Positions 9,615 to 19,580 of a stretch of DNA of 32,000 bases are shown here, piece after piece (positions within the stretch are counted from its first letter, which is position 1; every line of letters begins with the position of its first letter). A model generated the notes under the pieces. The model did no database searches, was not told where the DNA came from, and saw only the letters and a list, made by a program, of their open reading frames with translations. Position numbers and translations under genes: made by a program. The DNA comes from Wolbachia endosymbiont of Drosophila innubila (GTDB taxonomy: Bacteria; Pseudomonadota; Alphaproteobacteria; Rickettsiales; Anaplasmataceae). Location of the stretch: positions 840,001 to 872,000 of the forward strand of contig NZ_CP076228.1 in assembly GCF_021378375.1 (NCBI RefSeq), in the 5' to 3' direction.

Positions 9615-10891
9615 TTTACATTTCTGTTGGCTCAAATATAGGAAATCGCTTTTCCCATTTACAAAAGGCTGCTCAGTTACTGCAGGAGCGCTATTTTAAA
9701 AATTTAAAATCTTCAATTATTCTGGAAACTAAGGCTATTTTACCAAATGATGCTTCACCTGGGTGGGACAGGCCATTTCTAAATATGGTTGTGTATGGAA
9801 GTTGTTCTTCTTCTCCTGAAGAGCTGTTAAAGGGCCTTAAACAAATTGAATGTGACATTGGCCGTCTGCAGGTCTATGAAAAATGGGCACCTCGCGTTAT
9901 TGATTTGGATATTTTGTTATGGGATGACCTGACACTTGATACACCCTACCTTAAGATTCCTCACCCAGAATTGATAAACAGACCATTTTTGCTTCACTTG
10001 ATGACAATGCTGAACCCTATGGCAGTAGTTAACAAAACGTTTGGTACTGTTAACCCTAACATTAAGGATTGCTTTTTAAGGAGTTTTACGCTTTCACCAG
10101 AGCTTGTAGGTATTGTCAATATTACTCCTGATTCATTTTCAGATGGTGGTCTTTATTATGATGCAGATCAAGCAACCAAGCAGGCACTGCGGCTGTTATC
10201 AGATGGTGCAAGCATAGTTGAACTTGGTGCTCAATCAACAAGACCTGGCTCCTCAATACAAACTCCAAAAGCAGAATATGCACGCTTAAAACCAGTGCTT
10301 GATAATCTCAATCAGTATATGAAAGTTGGTGACATTAAAGTCAGCATTGATAGTTTCTGGCCAGATGTTATTTTGAATGTTTTGGAGCACTACAACATTG
10401 CCTGGGTAAACGATCAGAAGGGAGATCTAGATGATAATACCTTAAAAGCGATTGCTAGCAGTGGATGTAGTATCGTTATTATGCATTCACTCTCCATACC
10501 ACCACATAGTGACAACATTATCCCAAGTGACATTGATCCAATTGATACCATAAATAATTGGGCAGAAAGGAACATTAATAGATTACTAGCTCTAGGTTTT
10601 GATCAAAGCTCGATCATTATTGATCCTGGTATTGGTTTTGGCAAATCTATGTACCAGAATATCCAGATTTTACGCAGTATAGAAACGTTACAAAATTTTG
10701 GCTGCAAAGTTCTGGTTGGCCATTCTAGAAAGTCATTTATTTCTTCTTTTTCTACAGAACCTGTCTTTAACCGAGATTTAGAAACAATTGCTACATCATC
10801 TGTATTACACAACAAGGTTGATTTCCTTCGAGTGCATAATGTGCGTGATCACATGCGATTTTTTGTAGCTCAAGCTGCTTTACAGGGATGA
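9611..10891 (+). CDS. folKP: bifunctional HPPK / dihydropteroate synthase fusion
   Basis: N-terminus SVGSNIGNRFSHLQKAAQLL...WAPRVIDLDILLW...IPHPEL (HPPK); C-terminus VGIVNITPDSFSDGG, GAQSTRPGS, WVNDQKG, IDPGIGFGKSMYQN, LVGHSRKSFI (DHPS). Confidence 0.95.
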   Translation: MIYISVGSNIGNRFSHLQKAAQLLQERYFKNLKSSIILETKAILPNDASPGWDRPFLNMVVYGSCSSSPEELLKGLKQIECDIGRLQVYEKWAPRVIDLDILLWDDLTLDTPYLKIPHPELINRPFLLHLMTMLNPMAVVNKTFGTVNPNIKDCFLRSFTLSPELVGIVNITPDSFSDGGLYYDADQATKQALRLLSDGASIVELGAQSTRPGSSIQTPKAEYARLKPVLDNLNQYMKVGDIKVSIDSFWPDVILNVLEHYNIAWVNDQKGDLDDNTLKAIASSGCSIVIMHSLSIPPHSDNIIPSDIDPIDTINNWAERNINRLLALGFDQSSIIIDPGIGFGKSMYQNIQILRSIETLQNFGCKVLVGHSRKSFISSFSTEPVFNRDLETIATSSVLHNKVDFLRVHNVRDHMRFFVAQAALQG

Positions 10892-11367
10892 TAGTTATCG
10901 GAATTATGGCTGTTGATCCCAAGGGGGTAATTGGAATAAATAATGGATTGCCCTGGCATTATCCAAGTGAGTTAGATCATTTTCGTCAGGTGACTGAAAA
11001 ACAAGTTATTGTTATGGGGAGAAAGACATTTGAAACTATGCCTCAAGACATATTAGGGAATCGTATCCCTGTTGTTTTTTCTCGTGACAAATTAAATTCT
11101 TGTTTTAACAGAGGAGTAAAATGCACTATTATTTCTTCTATGCAAGAGTTTTTGTCAATCCAAAGTAATTCTAAAGTCTTCATGATTGGTGGAGCACAAA
11201 TAGCGCATCTTTTTTTGGAGTATGATCTAATCTCAGAATTTACCATAACAGAAATTCACAAACCCTATAAAGGTGATGTATATTTCAACTTAACACTTCT
11301 TGATGGATGGCATAAAACTATTCTCACCAAAACGAAAGATTATACTATATGCAAGCTGACACGTTAA
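10888..11367 (+). CDS. folA: dihydrofolate reductase
   Basis: IGINNGLPWHYPSELDHFRQVT, VIVMGRKTFETMP, IPVVFSRD, VFMIGGAQI. Confidence 0.93.
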   Translation: MIVIGIMAVDPKGVIGINNGLPWHYPSELDHFRQVTEKQVIVMGRKTFETMPQDILGNRIPVVFSRDKLNSCFNRGVKCTIISSMQEFLSIQSNSKVFMIGGAQIAHLFLEYDLISEFTITEIHKPYKGDVYFNLTLLDGWHKTILTKTKDYTICKLTR

Positions 11368-11368
11368 T

Positions 11369-12106
11369 ATGCATGTTGAAGCAATTTATACCCACCGCAT
11401 TGAATGTGGAGAAGTATTAGAGCAGGTTCTTGATCGCTATGTTTCAGAGTTGCTAAGAGAGGAAGTTGTTCTTGCTATCACATCAAAAATCATTTCTATT
11501 TGTCAAAAACAAGTGGTTTGCAAAACTGCTTGTTCTAAAGAAGAGCTAATCAAAAGAGAAGCTGATGCAATTGTTGATGTAGACCATAATTCTTACGGCA
11601 TCTATTTAACAATCAAAGACAATATCTTAATTCCATCTGCTGGTATTGATGAATCAAATGGTAATGAAATGTATATTTTATACCCAAAGGATGTTCAGAA
11701 AACAGCTCTATCAATATGGAACTATCTCAAGACAAAACACTGCATAAAATATCTTGGTATTTTGATTACAGATAGTAACATAACACCTATGCGCCTTGGG
11801 GTTACGGGCGTTGCTCTTGGTTGGTGTGGATTTGAACCATTTTATTCCTATATAGGCAAGCCAGATCTTTATGATCAACCACTGCAAGTAACACAAGTCA
11901 ATCTTCTTGATGCGCTGGCAACGTCTGCTGTTTTAGTTATGGGAGAAGGGGCGGAGCAAACACCAATGGCAATAATTAGTGGCGCACCAAAGATTCACTT
12001 TCTTACTCGTCCGCCAACTACAGAAGAAGAAAAAAGTGTGAAGATATCTATGGAAGAGGACCTTTACTCTCCTCTCCTCATGCGAGCCCGCTGGTTAAAG
12101 AGTTAA
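11369..12106 (+). CDS. CofE-like (F420-0:gamma-glutamyl ligase family) protein, predicted alternative folylpolyglutamate synthase
   Basis: LAITSKIISICQ, SAGIDESNGNEMYILYPKDVQKTALSIWNYL, GILITDSNITPMRLGVTGVALGWCGFEP, LLDALATSAVLVMGEGAEQTPMAII; immediately follows folA. Confidence 0.85.
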   Translation: MHVEAIYTHRIECGEVLEQVLDRYVSELLREEVVLAITSKIISICQKQVVCKTACSKEELIKREADAIVDVDHNSYGIYLTIKDNILIPSAGIDESNGNEMYILYPKDVQKTALSIWNYLKTKHCIKYLGILITDSNITPMRLGVTGVALGWCGFEPFYSYIGKPDLYDQPLQVTQVNLLDALATSAVLVMGEGAEQTPMAIISGAPKIHFLTRPPTTEEEKSVKISMEEDLYSPLLMRARWLKS

Positions 12107-12180
12107 AGAGGAACTTAAAAATTTGCTATTAGACTTCTTACATAACCATATAACATTGGGAATAGAAACAAAAAACTTAC

Positions 12181-12713
12181 TTGACACCCTTCGCCAGCGC
12201 CCTTATCATGATAGTGAAGCTATTGTATTTGCTTTCGCCAATCTGCAGATTAAAAGGTAAGGATTACTTAATGTATCGGCGTCTTATGTTCAATTTTTTG
12301 CAGTGTATAGATACTGTATGTCTTTACAAAACTTCATCTACATCTAGATTTTTATCTAAATAAGCTGAACGCGCTTATAAAGCGTTACAAGACATCAAAA
12401 AATGCCAATACTCGACAGAGATAGTAAAAGACTAGCTAACTCGGGGATTCTTTGTCTTTTTTTCTGCTTAGTAAACTTCTTAAACATTTGCAGCGTAAGT
12501 TAGTTGCAATTAAAAGCAGCTTAATCTTGCTTGTCAAGCGTTTAAAACATAAAAAACGCCAATATTTTAAAGCAGATAATAACCACGGGGCTTCTTTTGC
12601 CTTTTTTTCATTTGGTAAATTTCTTAACGTTTGCAGCTAAACGACAACCGTCATCCCGCTACGTGTTAGCGGGATCTATGCTTTGAGATACCGCGAATGA
12701 ATCGCGGTATGAC
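12181..12713. repeat. ~0.53 kb repeat, right arm of the inverted pair
   Basis: Reverse complement of 6446-6984 with few differences by eye. Confidence 0.93.
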
Positions 12714-12794
12714 ATAGGGAACCCTTTCTTGGGTTAGCTATAGATTTACTTCGCATATTCAGCTAATTTTTATTACAATTACAACAAAATAATT

Positions 12795-14147
12795 TTGGCT
12801 TTGATGAAAACTGTATATGTATGTCAATCCTGTGGTCACAGCACTGGTAGGTGGGTAGGGAAGTGCATCGCATGTGACAATTGGGATACAATTGTTGAGG
12901 AAATAGCAGTAAAAACGGGCAAAAGAAGTATATCTGCACCAATTTTAATAAAGACGTTATCGGGTAGCGAAATTATCACTCCAAGTCGTTTTTTAACAGG
13001 AATAGAAGAATTAGATAGAGTTTTTGGTGGGGGTATCGTTCAAGGTGCTAGCATTTTAATTGGTGGCGAACCTGGTATTGGAAAATCCACCCTTTTGCTT
13101 AGAATTGCAGCTAATGTTGTGCAACTTTCCTCTTTTGAATGTCTTTATGTATCCGGCGAGGAGTCTTTAGAGCAGGTGAGTCTCAGAGCAAAGCGTCTTA
13201 AGATAAATGAACCTAAAATTAAGCTTTTATCTACAGTGTCTTTAACTGATGTAGTAGCAACAATAAAGGAAAACAAAAGTATTAAATTCTTAGTAATTGA
13301 TTCTATACAAACAATGTATGATAGCAGAATTACATCGGCACCAGGAACTGTAACTCAGGTTCGTACTTGCGCACATGAATTAACTATTCTTGCGAAACAA
13401 TATGGTGTTTCTCTTTTAATAGTTGGTCATATAACTAAGGATGGACAAATAGCTGGACCCAAAACTCTGGAGCATATGGTGGATACGGTATTATATTTTG
13501 AAGGTGAAAATAGCAATCAATATCGCATTTTGCGTACTATTAAAAATAGATTTGGCCCTGCAAATGAAATTGGTGTTTTTGAGATGTCTGAAGCAGGACT
13601 TGTGCCTGTTGATAATCCATCATCATTGTTTCTGATGGCCCATGACAGAGAAGTAGTTGGCAGCGCCGTATTTGCAGGAATTGAAGGTTCAAGACCAATT
13701 TTAATGGAAGTGCAAGCATTAATAGCAGGGACTAATATGGCAACCCCAAGAAGGGCAGTAGTTGGGTGGGATATTAATAGATTGGCTATGATCATCGCGG
13801 TGCTAAATGCTCGTTGCAAAATATTTTTGCATGATAAAGAGGTATACCTAAACATTGCAGGGGGACTCAAAATACAGGAACCATCGGCTGATCTTGCTGT
13901 TGCTGCTTCCCTTATTTCAAGTATAGTAAATTTACCGCTGCCAACTTCTTCAATAATCTGCGGTGAAGTTGCACTTTCAGGAGAAATTAGGAACATCTCG
14001 CATGCTGATCTCAGACTAAAAGAAGCACAAAAGTTAGGATTCAAAAAAGCAATTATGCCTAAAAATGGTAACTATTCTTCTCATGATATTGAAATAATCA
14101 AGCTTGGTCACGTAAGGGAATTAAGAGAAGTCTTTAATTACAATTAA
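12795..14147 (+). CDS. radA: DNA repair protein RadA
   Basis: CQSCGHSTGRWVGKCIACDNWDT zinc finger, GGEPGIGKSTLLLRIA Walker A, and LIVGHITKDGQIAGPKTLEHMVD. Confidence 0.97.
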   Translation: MALMKTVYVCQSCGHSTGRWVGKCIACDNWDTIVEEIAVKTGKRSISAPILIKTLSGSEIITPSRFLTGIEELDRVFGGGIVQGASILIGGEPGIGKSTLLLRIAANVVQLSSFECLYVSGEESLEQVSLRAKRLKINEPKIKLLSTVSLTDVVATIKENKSIKFLVIDSIQTMYDSRITSAPGTVTQVRTCAHELTILAKQYGVSLLIVGHITKDGQIAGPKTLEHMVDTVLYFEGENSNQYRILRTIKNRFGPANEIGVFEMSEAGLVPVDNPSSLFLMAHDREVVGSAVFAGIEGSRPILMEVQALIAGTNMATPRRAVVGWDINRLAMIIAVLNARCKIFLHDKEVYLNIAGGLKIQEPSADLAVAASLISSIVNLPLPTSSIICGEVALSGEIRNISHADLRLKEAQKLGFKKAIMPKNGNYSSHDIEIIKLGHVRELREVFNYN

Positions 14148-15045
14148 ATAACGCTTCAGCAAATTCTTTGCTAGTAAACTCCCTTAAGTCCTCTATATTT
14201 TCGCCAATTCCTATAGCATGTAACTTTATCTTATAAGCTTCTGCAAGTCCAATTACCACTCCGCCCTTAGCAGTGCCATCTAACTTTGTTACGATTAGCC
14301 CGGTAACATTAACCATTTTGCTAAATGCTTCTAATTGGCTATAAGCATTTTGGCCGGTAGTTGCGTCAAGAACTAAAATAACGTCATGAGGGGCAGTGTC
14401 ATCCAATTTCTTTATCGTTCTATATATTTTTGATAACTCCTCCATAAGGTTCACATTATTTTGCAGCCTTCCTGCTGTGTCAATTAGAACAACATCAACG
14501 TTATCTTTTATAGCTTGACTTACAGCTCTATATGCCACACTTGCAGAGTCGCTACCGTACTCTCCAGTAACAATCAAGCAATCAGAACGTTCTGCCCAAA
14601 TGTTTAATTGTTCACTAGCAGCAGCTCTAAATGTGTCGCATGCAACAAGCATAACGGATTTTCCCATTTCCTTATATTTATATGCGAGCTTACCTATAGT
14701 CGTGGTTTTACCGTTACCATTTACTCCGCATACCATTATTATATGTGGTTTTTTGTTTAAAATTAGCGGTTGCACAGCAGGGTTCAATATCGATTCTATT
14801 TCGCTCATTAGCTGCTGTGTGATGGTATTATACTCAACTTCCTTGTCAAATTTGATGCTTGTGAGCCTATCGATAATCAACTTGGAAGTTTTATGACCAA
14901 TATCCATACTAATTAGCAATTCTTCTAATTCATCTAAAAGTGACTGATCTAATTTTTTTTTGCCAGAAAAAATACTTTTCACCCCGTCGCTAAAGCGAGA
15001 AGAAGTTTTTAACAGGCCCTGATAAAGGTTACTAAACAAACTCAA
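14134..15045 (-). CDS. ftsY: signal recognition particle receptor FtsY
   Basis: MVCGVNGNGKTTTIGKLA, VACDTFRAAASEQL, VLIDTAGRLQNN, VTKLDGTAKGG, GIGENIEDLREF. Confidence 0.97.
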   Translation of the reverse strand: MSLFSNLYQGLLKTSSRFSDGVKSIFSGKKKLDQSLLDELEELLISMDIGHKTSKLIIDRLTSIKFDKEVEYNTITQQLMSEIESILNPAVQPLILNKKPHIIMVCGVNGNGKTTTIGKLAYKYKEMGKSVMLVACDTFRAAASEQLNIWAERSDCLIVTGEYGSDSASVAYRAVSQAIKDNVDVVLIDTAGRLQNNVNLMEELSKIYRTIKKLDDTAPHDVILVLDATTGQNAYSQLEAFSKMVNVTGLIVTKLDGTAKGGVVIGLAEAYKIKLHAIGIGENIEDLREFTSKEFAEALFNCN

Positions 15046-15112
15046 GGGATACTCCTTTTTAAATTATAAACTTAATTACAATATAAAGAATGACATGCAC
15101 TACGCGAATTTG

Positions 15113-15184
15113 TAAAGTAAAATGCACTCAAAAACTACAATTTTACCTTACAAAAATTACACTTTTTGAGTGTATTTTACTTTA
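15113..15184. promoter_or_regulatory. imperfect inverted repeat (about 23 bp arms) between divergent ftsY and iscU
   Basis: TAAAGTAAAATGCACTCAAAAAC at 15113-15135 versus the reverse complement of 15162-15184 (TAAAGTAAAATACACTCAAAAAG), 28-nt spacer between arms. Confidence 0.5.
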
Positions 15185-15236
15185 GTTTTTAACCTAAATA
15201 TGTTATAATGTAGAATAGCGGTTCACAGGTAATTTT

Positions 15237-15620
15237 ATGAGTTATAATGAGAAAATTTTAGATCATTACGAAAATCCAAGGAATGTTGGCTCTCTGGATA
15301 AAAATGATCCAAATGTTGGTACTGGCCTAGTTGGTGCACCATCGTGCGGTGATGTAATGAAATTGCAGATAAAGGTCAATGACAAAGGTGTTATTGAAGA
15401 TGCAAAATTTAAAACTTTTGGTTGTGGTTCTGCCATTGCTTCAAGTTCCTTGTTAACAGAGATGATAAAAGGAAGAACCATCAGTGACGTTACACAGATA
15501 AAGAATACTCAAATAGTGGAAGAGTTGTCTTTACCTCCAGTGAAGATACACTGTTCGGTACTTGCTGAAGATGCTATAAAGGCTGCTATTCATGACTATC
15601 AAAGTAAACAAAAGAATTAA
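15237..15620 (+). CDS. iscU: Fe-S cluster scaffold IscU
   Basis: YENPRNVGSLD, VGAPSCGDVMKLQIKV, AKFKTFGCGSAIASSSLLTEM, LPPVKIHCSVLAEDAI. Confidence 0.97.
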   Translation: MSYNEKILDHYENPRNVGSLDKNDPNVGTGLVGAPSCGDVMKLQIKVNDKGVIEDAKFKTFGCGSAIASSSLLTEMIKGRTISDVTQIKNTQIVEELSLPPVKIHCSVLAEDAIKAAIHDYQSKQKN

Positions 15621-15632
15621 GAAGCTACGAAC

Positions 15633-16046
15633 ATGGGTGAATATCAAGAAGTAGGCGGAGGTGAAACTGTAAAAAAGAATAAAAAACTTATCACTATAAC
15701 TGCGGAAGCAGTAGAAAGGATAAGGTATTTATTGGACCAAAAGAAGCATACTAACCTTGAGAAACCGGAAGAAGCAATAGGAATAAGAGTGCTAATTAAG
15801 CAAAAAGGATGTTCTGGTTTAAAATATGATATTGAATATGCATATGATACTCGTCCTTTAGAGTCGGTAATTGAAGAAAACTGTAGTGATGGCCAAAAAG
15901 TTAAAGTGTTGATCGACCCAAAATCCGTCATGTTTATTCTTGGCTCTGAAATGGATTATGTAGAAGAAAAATTTTCATCGGGTTTTGTTTTCAAAAATCC
16001 TAATGAGAAAGGAAAATGTGGTTGTGGAGAGAGTTTTCATGTCTAG
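15633..16046 (+). CDS. iscA: iron-sulfur assembly protein, IscA/HesB family
   Basis: ITAEAVERIRYLL, IGIRVLIKQKGCSGLKYDIEY, and the C-terminal CGCGESFHV motif. Confidence 0.93.
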   Translation: MGEYQEVGGGETVKKNKKLITITAEAVERIRYLLDQKKHTNLEKPEEAIGIRVLIKQKGCSGLKYDIEYAYDTRPLESVIEENCSDGQKVKVLIDPKSVMFILGSEMDYVEEKFSSGFVFKNPNEKGKCGCGESFHV

Positions 16047-16497
16047 CAACTATTTTGCATTGTTTGAAATTGAACCAGCTTTCAATATCAGCTTTGATGA
16101 GTTAGAGAAAAAATATATTGAGCTAAGCAGGACTGATATAAATGAAAGACAGTCCCAAAACATGGAAAATATTAACAGAGCTTATCAGATACTAAAGTCA
16201 CCGCTAAAACGTGCTGAGCATTTGCTGGATTTTTTTAATGTGAAAAGCCAAAAGGACCACTTAAATTCTGAAATATTAAGTGAATCAATGGAAATAAGAG
16301 AGTACTTACTAGACTGCGACGATCTACAATTTGCAAGTAGGATGATCGATGAAAAAATAAAAGGTTGCATTAAAAATCTAATTAACACTTTTGCTGTAAA
16401 GAATTTTGATAGAGCTGCTACACAAGTCTTAAGATTGAAATATTTATACAAGTCATTTGAGGAGATGAAGAAAAATGCAACCAATTCAAATTTCTGA
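16039..16497 (+). CDS. hscB: Fe-S cluster co-chaperone HscB
   Basis: NYFALFEIEPAFNISFDELEKKYIELSR...INRAYQILKSPLKRAEHLLDF; the ORF track starts at 15985, but the ATG at 16039 gives the canonical N-terminus. Confidence 0.88.
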   Translation: MSSNYFALFEIEPAFNISFDELEKKYIELSRTDINERQSQNMENINRAYQILKSPLKRAEHLLDFFNVKSQKDHLNSEILSESMEIREYLLDCDDLQFASRMIDEKIKGCIKNLINTFAVKNFDRAATQVLRLKYLYKSFEEMKKNATNSNF

Positions 16498-18223
16498 ACC
16501 AAATTCAAATGAAGTAGTTTTTGGTATAGATCTTGGCACTACCAACTCTTTAATTGCTATGGTAAATAAAGCTGGCAACGTGGAGATATTTAAAGATGAA
16601 CAGGGAAGAGAGCTATTACCTTCTATCATTTCATGTGAAAATAATACATTGAAAACTGGCTATGATGTTGGCTCAAATGCAATCCACTCAATAAAACGTT
16701 TAATGGGTAAAAGTGTTAAAGATTTGAACAAGATGGGTGTTTATTTTGAAATAGATAACGAAAGTGAAAAAGTTATTAGAGTAAAATATTCGGAGGAAAA
16801 GTATCTTACTCCTGTTGAGATTTCTGCTGAGATATTAAAAGCTTTATGTGAGAGGGTAAAAAAGTCTAAGGGGCTGGAAGTAAAAAAAGCAGTAATTACT
16901 GTGCCAGCTTACTTTGACGATTCAGCACGTAACGCAACTAAATATGCAGCAAAATTAGCTGGCATAGAAGTTCTTCGCCTCGTTAACGAGCCAACCGCTG
17001 CAGCGCTTTCTTACTCCATTGAAAAGAACAATAACAGTGGAATATATGCAGTTTATGACCTTGGTGGTGGAACATTTGATATTTCGATATTGAAATTGCA
17101 TCAAGGAGTGTTTCAAGTTCTTGCAGTTGGTGGTGATACCAAACTCGGCGGTGATGATTTTGATCATTTGCTGAGTTCAATTGTGATTGATAAGTATAGA
17201 GAAAAGACGGCTAAGCAACTAAATTCCTTACTTATCGAATCACACTCTGTGAAAGAGTACCTAAGCAATCACACTATAGGTATCTTCGAATTTAATGTTA
17301 ACGGCAAGCCATTTGAGTGCGAAATTACCAGAGAAGAATTCGAGCAGGCAATCAGTTCTTTGGTCAATAAGACTATCAATATAGTCACTCGTACTATAAG
17401 TGATATAGATCTTAAAATTGATGATATAAAAGGAGTAATTTTAGTTGGTGGTGCAACTAGAACACCATTGGTTCAAAATTCACTAGTCAAACTCTTTGGA
17501 AATAAAGTACTAAATGACGTGGATCCAGATAAAGCAGTTGCCATTGGGGCAGCTCTGCAGGCTCATGATTTAACTTCGAGCTCAAAAGATAGGAATATTC
17601 TCCTGGATGTTTTACCTCTATCACTTGGCATAGAAACTATGGGAGGCATAGTTGAAAAAATCATACCAAGAAATACGCCACTGCCAGTTTCAGAAACAAA
17701 AGAGTTTACAACTTATATTGATGGGCAAACAGCAATGAAAATTCATGTTTGTCAGGGAGAGCGTGAAATGATAGAGGATAACAAATCTCTAGCGCAGTTT
17801 GAACTAAAAGGTATACCGCCACTGCCTGCAGGTTCTGCAAGAGTTGAAATAGAATTTACAGTTAACGTTGACGGAATCTTGACTGTTACTGCAAGAGAAA
17901 AAACTACTGGAATTGAGCAGACAGTTAAAGTAAATTCAAGTTTTGGCTTGAGTGAAGCTGATGTTCAAAATATGGTTAACCAGTCAATAAACAGTTTTGA
18001 CGAAGATATGAAGGCTCGTTCCCTTGCAGGTGCTAAAATTAATGGAAATAAACTCATACACTTGGTTGAAAACAATAATAACCTTTCCACTGATCAAAAG
18101 TTGAAAAACCTATTACAAAATGCAAAAAACGCTTTACAAGGCAATGACTTGAATGAAATTAACAACACTATCGCCGAGTTAGAAAATTCTTCTTTAGAGT
18201 TGTGTGAATTAACAAATAGGTAG
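16475..18223 (+). CDS. hscA: Fe-S cluster assembly chaperone HscA (Hsp70 family)
   Basis: FGIDLGTTNSLIAMV, AVITVPAYFDDSARNATKYAAKLAG, YDLGGGTFDISILKLH, VGGATRTPLVQ; located in an isc cluster. Confidence 0.95.
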   Translation: MQPIQISEPNSNEVVFGIDLGTTNSLIAMVNKAGNVEIFKDEQGRELLPSIISCENNTLKTGYDVGSNAIHSIKRLMGKSVKDLNKMGVYFEIDNESEKVIRVKYSEEKYLTPVEISAEILKALCERVKKSKGLEVKKAVITVPAYFDDSARNATKYAAKLAGIEVLRLVNEPTAAALSYSIEKNNNSGIYAVYDLGGGTFDISILKLHQGVFQVLAVGGDTKLGGDDFDHLLSSIVIDKYREKTAKQLNSLLIESHSVKEYLSNHTIGIFEFNVNGKPFECEITREEFEQAISSLVNKTINIVTRTISDIDLKIDDIKGVILVGGATRTPLVQNSLVKLFGNKVLNDVDPDKAVAIGAALQAHDLTSSSKDRNILLDVLPLSLGIETMGGIVEKIIPRNTPLPVSETKEFTTYIDGQTAMKIHVCQGEREMIEDNKSLAQFELKGIPPLPAGSARVEIEFTVNVDGILTVTAREKTTGIEQTVKVNSSFGLSEADVQNMVNQSINSFDEDMKARSLAGAKINGNKLIHLVENNNNLSTDQKLKNLLQNAKNALQGNDLNEINNTIAELENSSLELCELTNR

Positions 18224-18230
18224 AAAAAGC

Positions 18231-18986
18231 TTACACAACCTTGTGCAATACCCTATTTAATCTCAAAGCAACAGGTAACCTGAAATTAAATGGTAACCAA
18301 TCGACCTTTCCTAATTTAAATGATAAACCAACTATGCTTACACGCCCAATGATATTTTCCATTGGTACAAAACCAACTTCAGGAAACCTACTATCTAAAG
18401 AATTATTTCTATTGTCTCCCATAACGAAAAATTGATCGTTAGGTACATAATAAACCGGAGTGTTATATGATAGCTTATTAGAAATGTCATCTACCAAAAT
18501 CTCATGTTCCTTGCCACTTAAAAGCGTTTCTATATATCTTGGTATGTTACGATTTGACTCATAATCAAAAAAACTTTCAATTTGCCTTCGCTCTACTTTC
18601 TGATCATTTAGGTATAATTCTCCCTCTATCATTTGCACTTTGTCACCTGGTGTTCCTATTACTCGCTTAACAAACCTGATGCTGTCATTTCTTGTGGGTT
18701 TGAAAACTACTATGTCGCCACGCTTTGGAGGGGTATAAAAAATCCTGCCGCTAAAAATGTTTGGAGAAAATGGAAAGGAGTGTTTACTGTAACCGTATGA
18801 ATATTTACTAGTAAAAATGTAATCCCCTTCAAGTAGGGTGCTTTTCATTGAACCAGAAGGTATATGAAATGGCTCGAATAAAAAACTACGTATTGATAGC
18901 GCAATCAACAGTAAAAAAAACAATGAAGATAAAAATCTTCCCGTTCTTATCACCCAGTTTTTGCTTAGTTCTTCCAACTTTTCCAA
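18231..18986 (-). CDS. lepB: signal peptidase I
   Basis: FHIPSGSMKSTLLEGDYIFTSKYSYG, GDIVVFK, YVKRVIGTPGD-like FVKRVIGTPGDKV, VMGDNRNNSLDSR. Confidence 0.97.
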   Translation of the reverse strand: MEKLEELSKNWVIRTGRFLSSLFFLLLIALSIRSFLFEPFHIPSGSMKSTLLEGDYIFTSKYSYGYSKHSFPFSPNIFSGRIFYTPPKRGDIVVFKPTRNDSIRFVKRVIGTPGDKVQMIEGELYLNDQKVERRQIESFFDYESNRNIPRYIETLLSGKEHEILVDDISNKLSYNTPVYYVPNDQFFVMGDNRNNSLDSRFPEVGFVPMENIIGRVSIVGLSFKLGKVDWLPFNFRLPVALRLNRVLHKVV

Positions 18987-19255
18987 CTTTGTTTTGCTTA
19001 TAGATTAAGCTTATTATAATACATAAATTAAAAAATGGTAATATGAAATTTTACTTGTGAATGTTATTCCTCTATTCAAAACAATTTTGAAAAGGCGGTT
19101 CATTTCTTTCAACGGTGTCATCCAAGTAGCGTGACACATAACTGTACGAACATTGCAATTTGCAGGTGGCAGATGAAAGTAGCTGATGCACATCTGTACG
19201 AACATTTGCTTTTGTTAAGGTAATATGGTGTTATGAAAGTAGCTGACACTGGAAT

Positions 19256-19580
19256 GGCTTTGTTGCATCGCTACTTATGAAAGGCTAACTATAGTTAGGA
19301 TTATAAGCAACCTATTGAAAATCTTGTTTTTTGCAATCAATCTGATCAAATTTAAGAATAGTAATTTGTTATTTATATTAATAAATTTAATTCTATTGAA
19401 AATAGCTAAAGCATTGAAATTCTTGAATTTTAGCCGGATTGGTAAATGGTAGTGAAATTTCTTTTACTCAAATTTAGGTATTCATTGACCGTTCTTGTTA
19501 TAAATACCAGAATAATAAGCTACTGATATTCCCTATCTTTTTTATCTTTAATCCATCATAGCTAGCGATGCAACAAAGCC
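19256..19580. mobile_element. 325-bp non-autonomous / MITE-like element with IS5(IS903-group)-type termini
   Basis: GGCTTTGTTGCATCGCT at 19256-19272 is the exact reverse complement of 19564-19580; perfect 9-bp direct repeats CACTGGAAT at 19247-19255 and 19581-19589; no substantial ORF inside. Confidence 0.85.

Noticed and set aside
13517-14044. 175-aa antisense ORF
   Set aside because: Lies fully inside radA on the opposite strand, with Cys/Ser-rich non-protein-like composition; a shadow ORF.
15985-16038. Extended N-terminus for HscB (MFSKILMRKENVVVERVF)
   Set aside because: It overlaps the iscA coding end and reads it in another frame; the ATG at 16039 gives the normal J-domain start.
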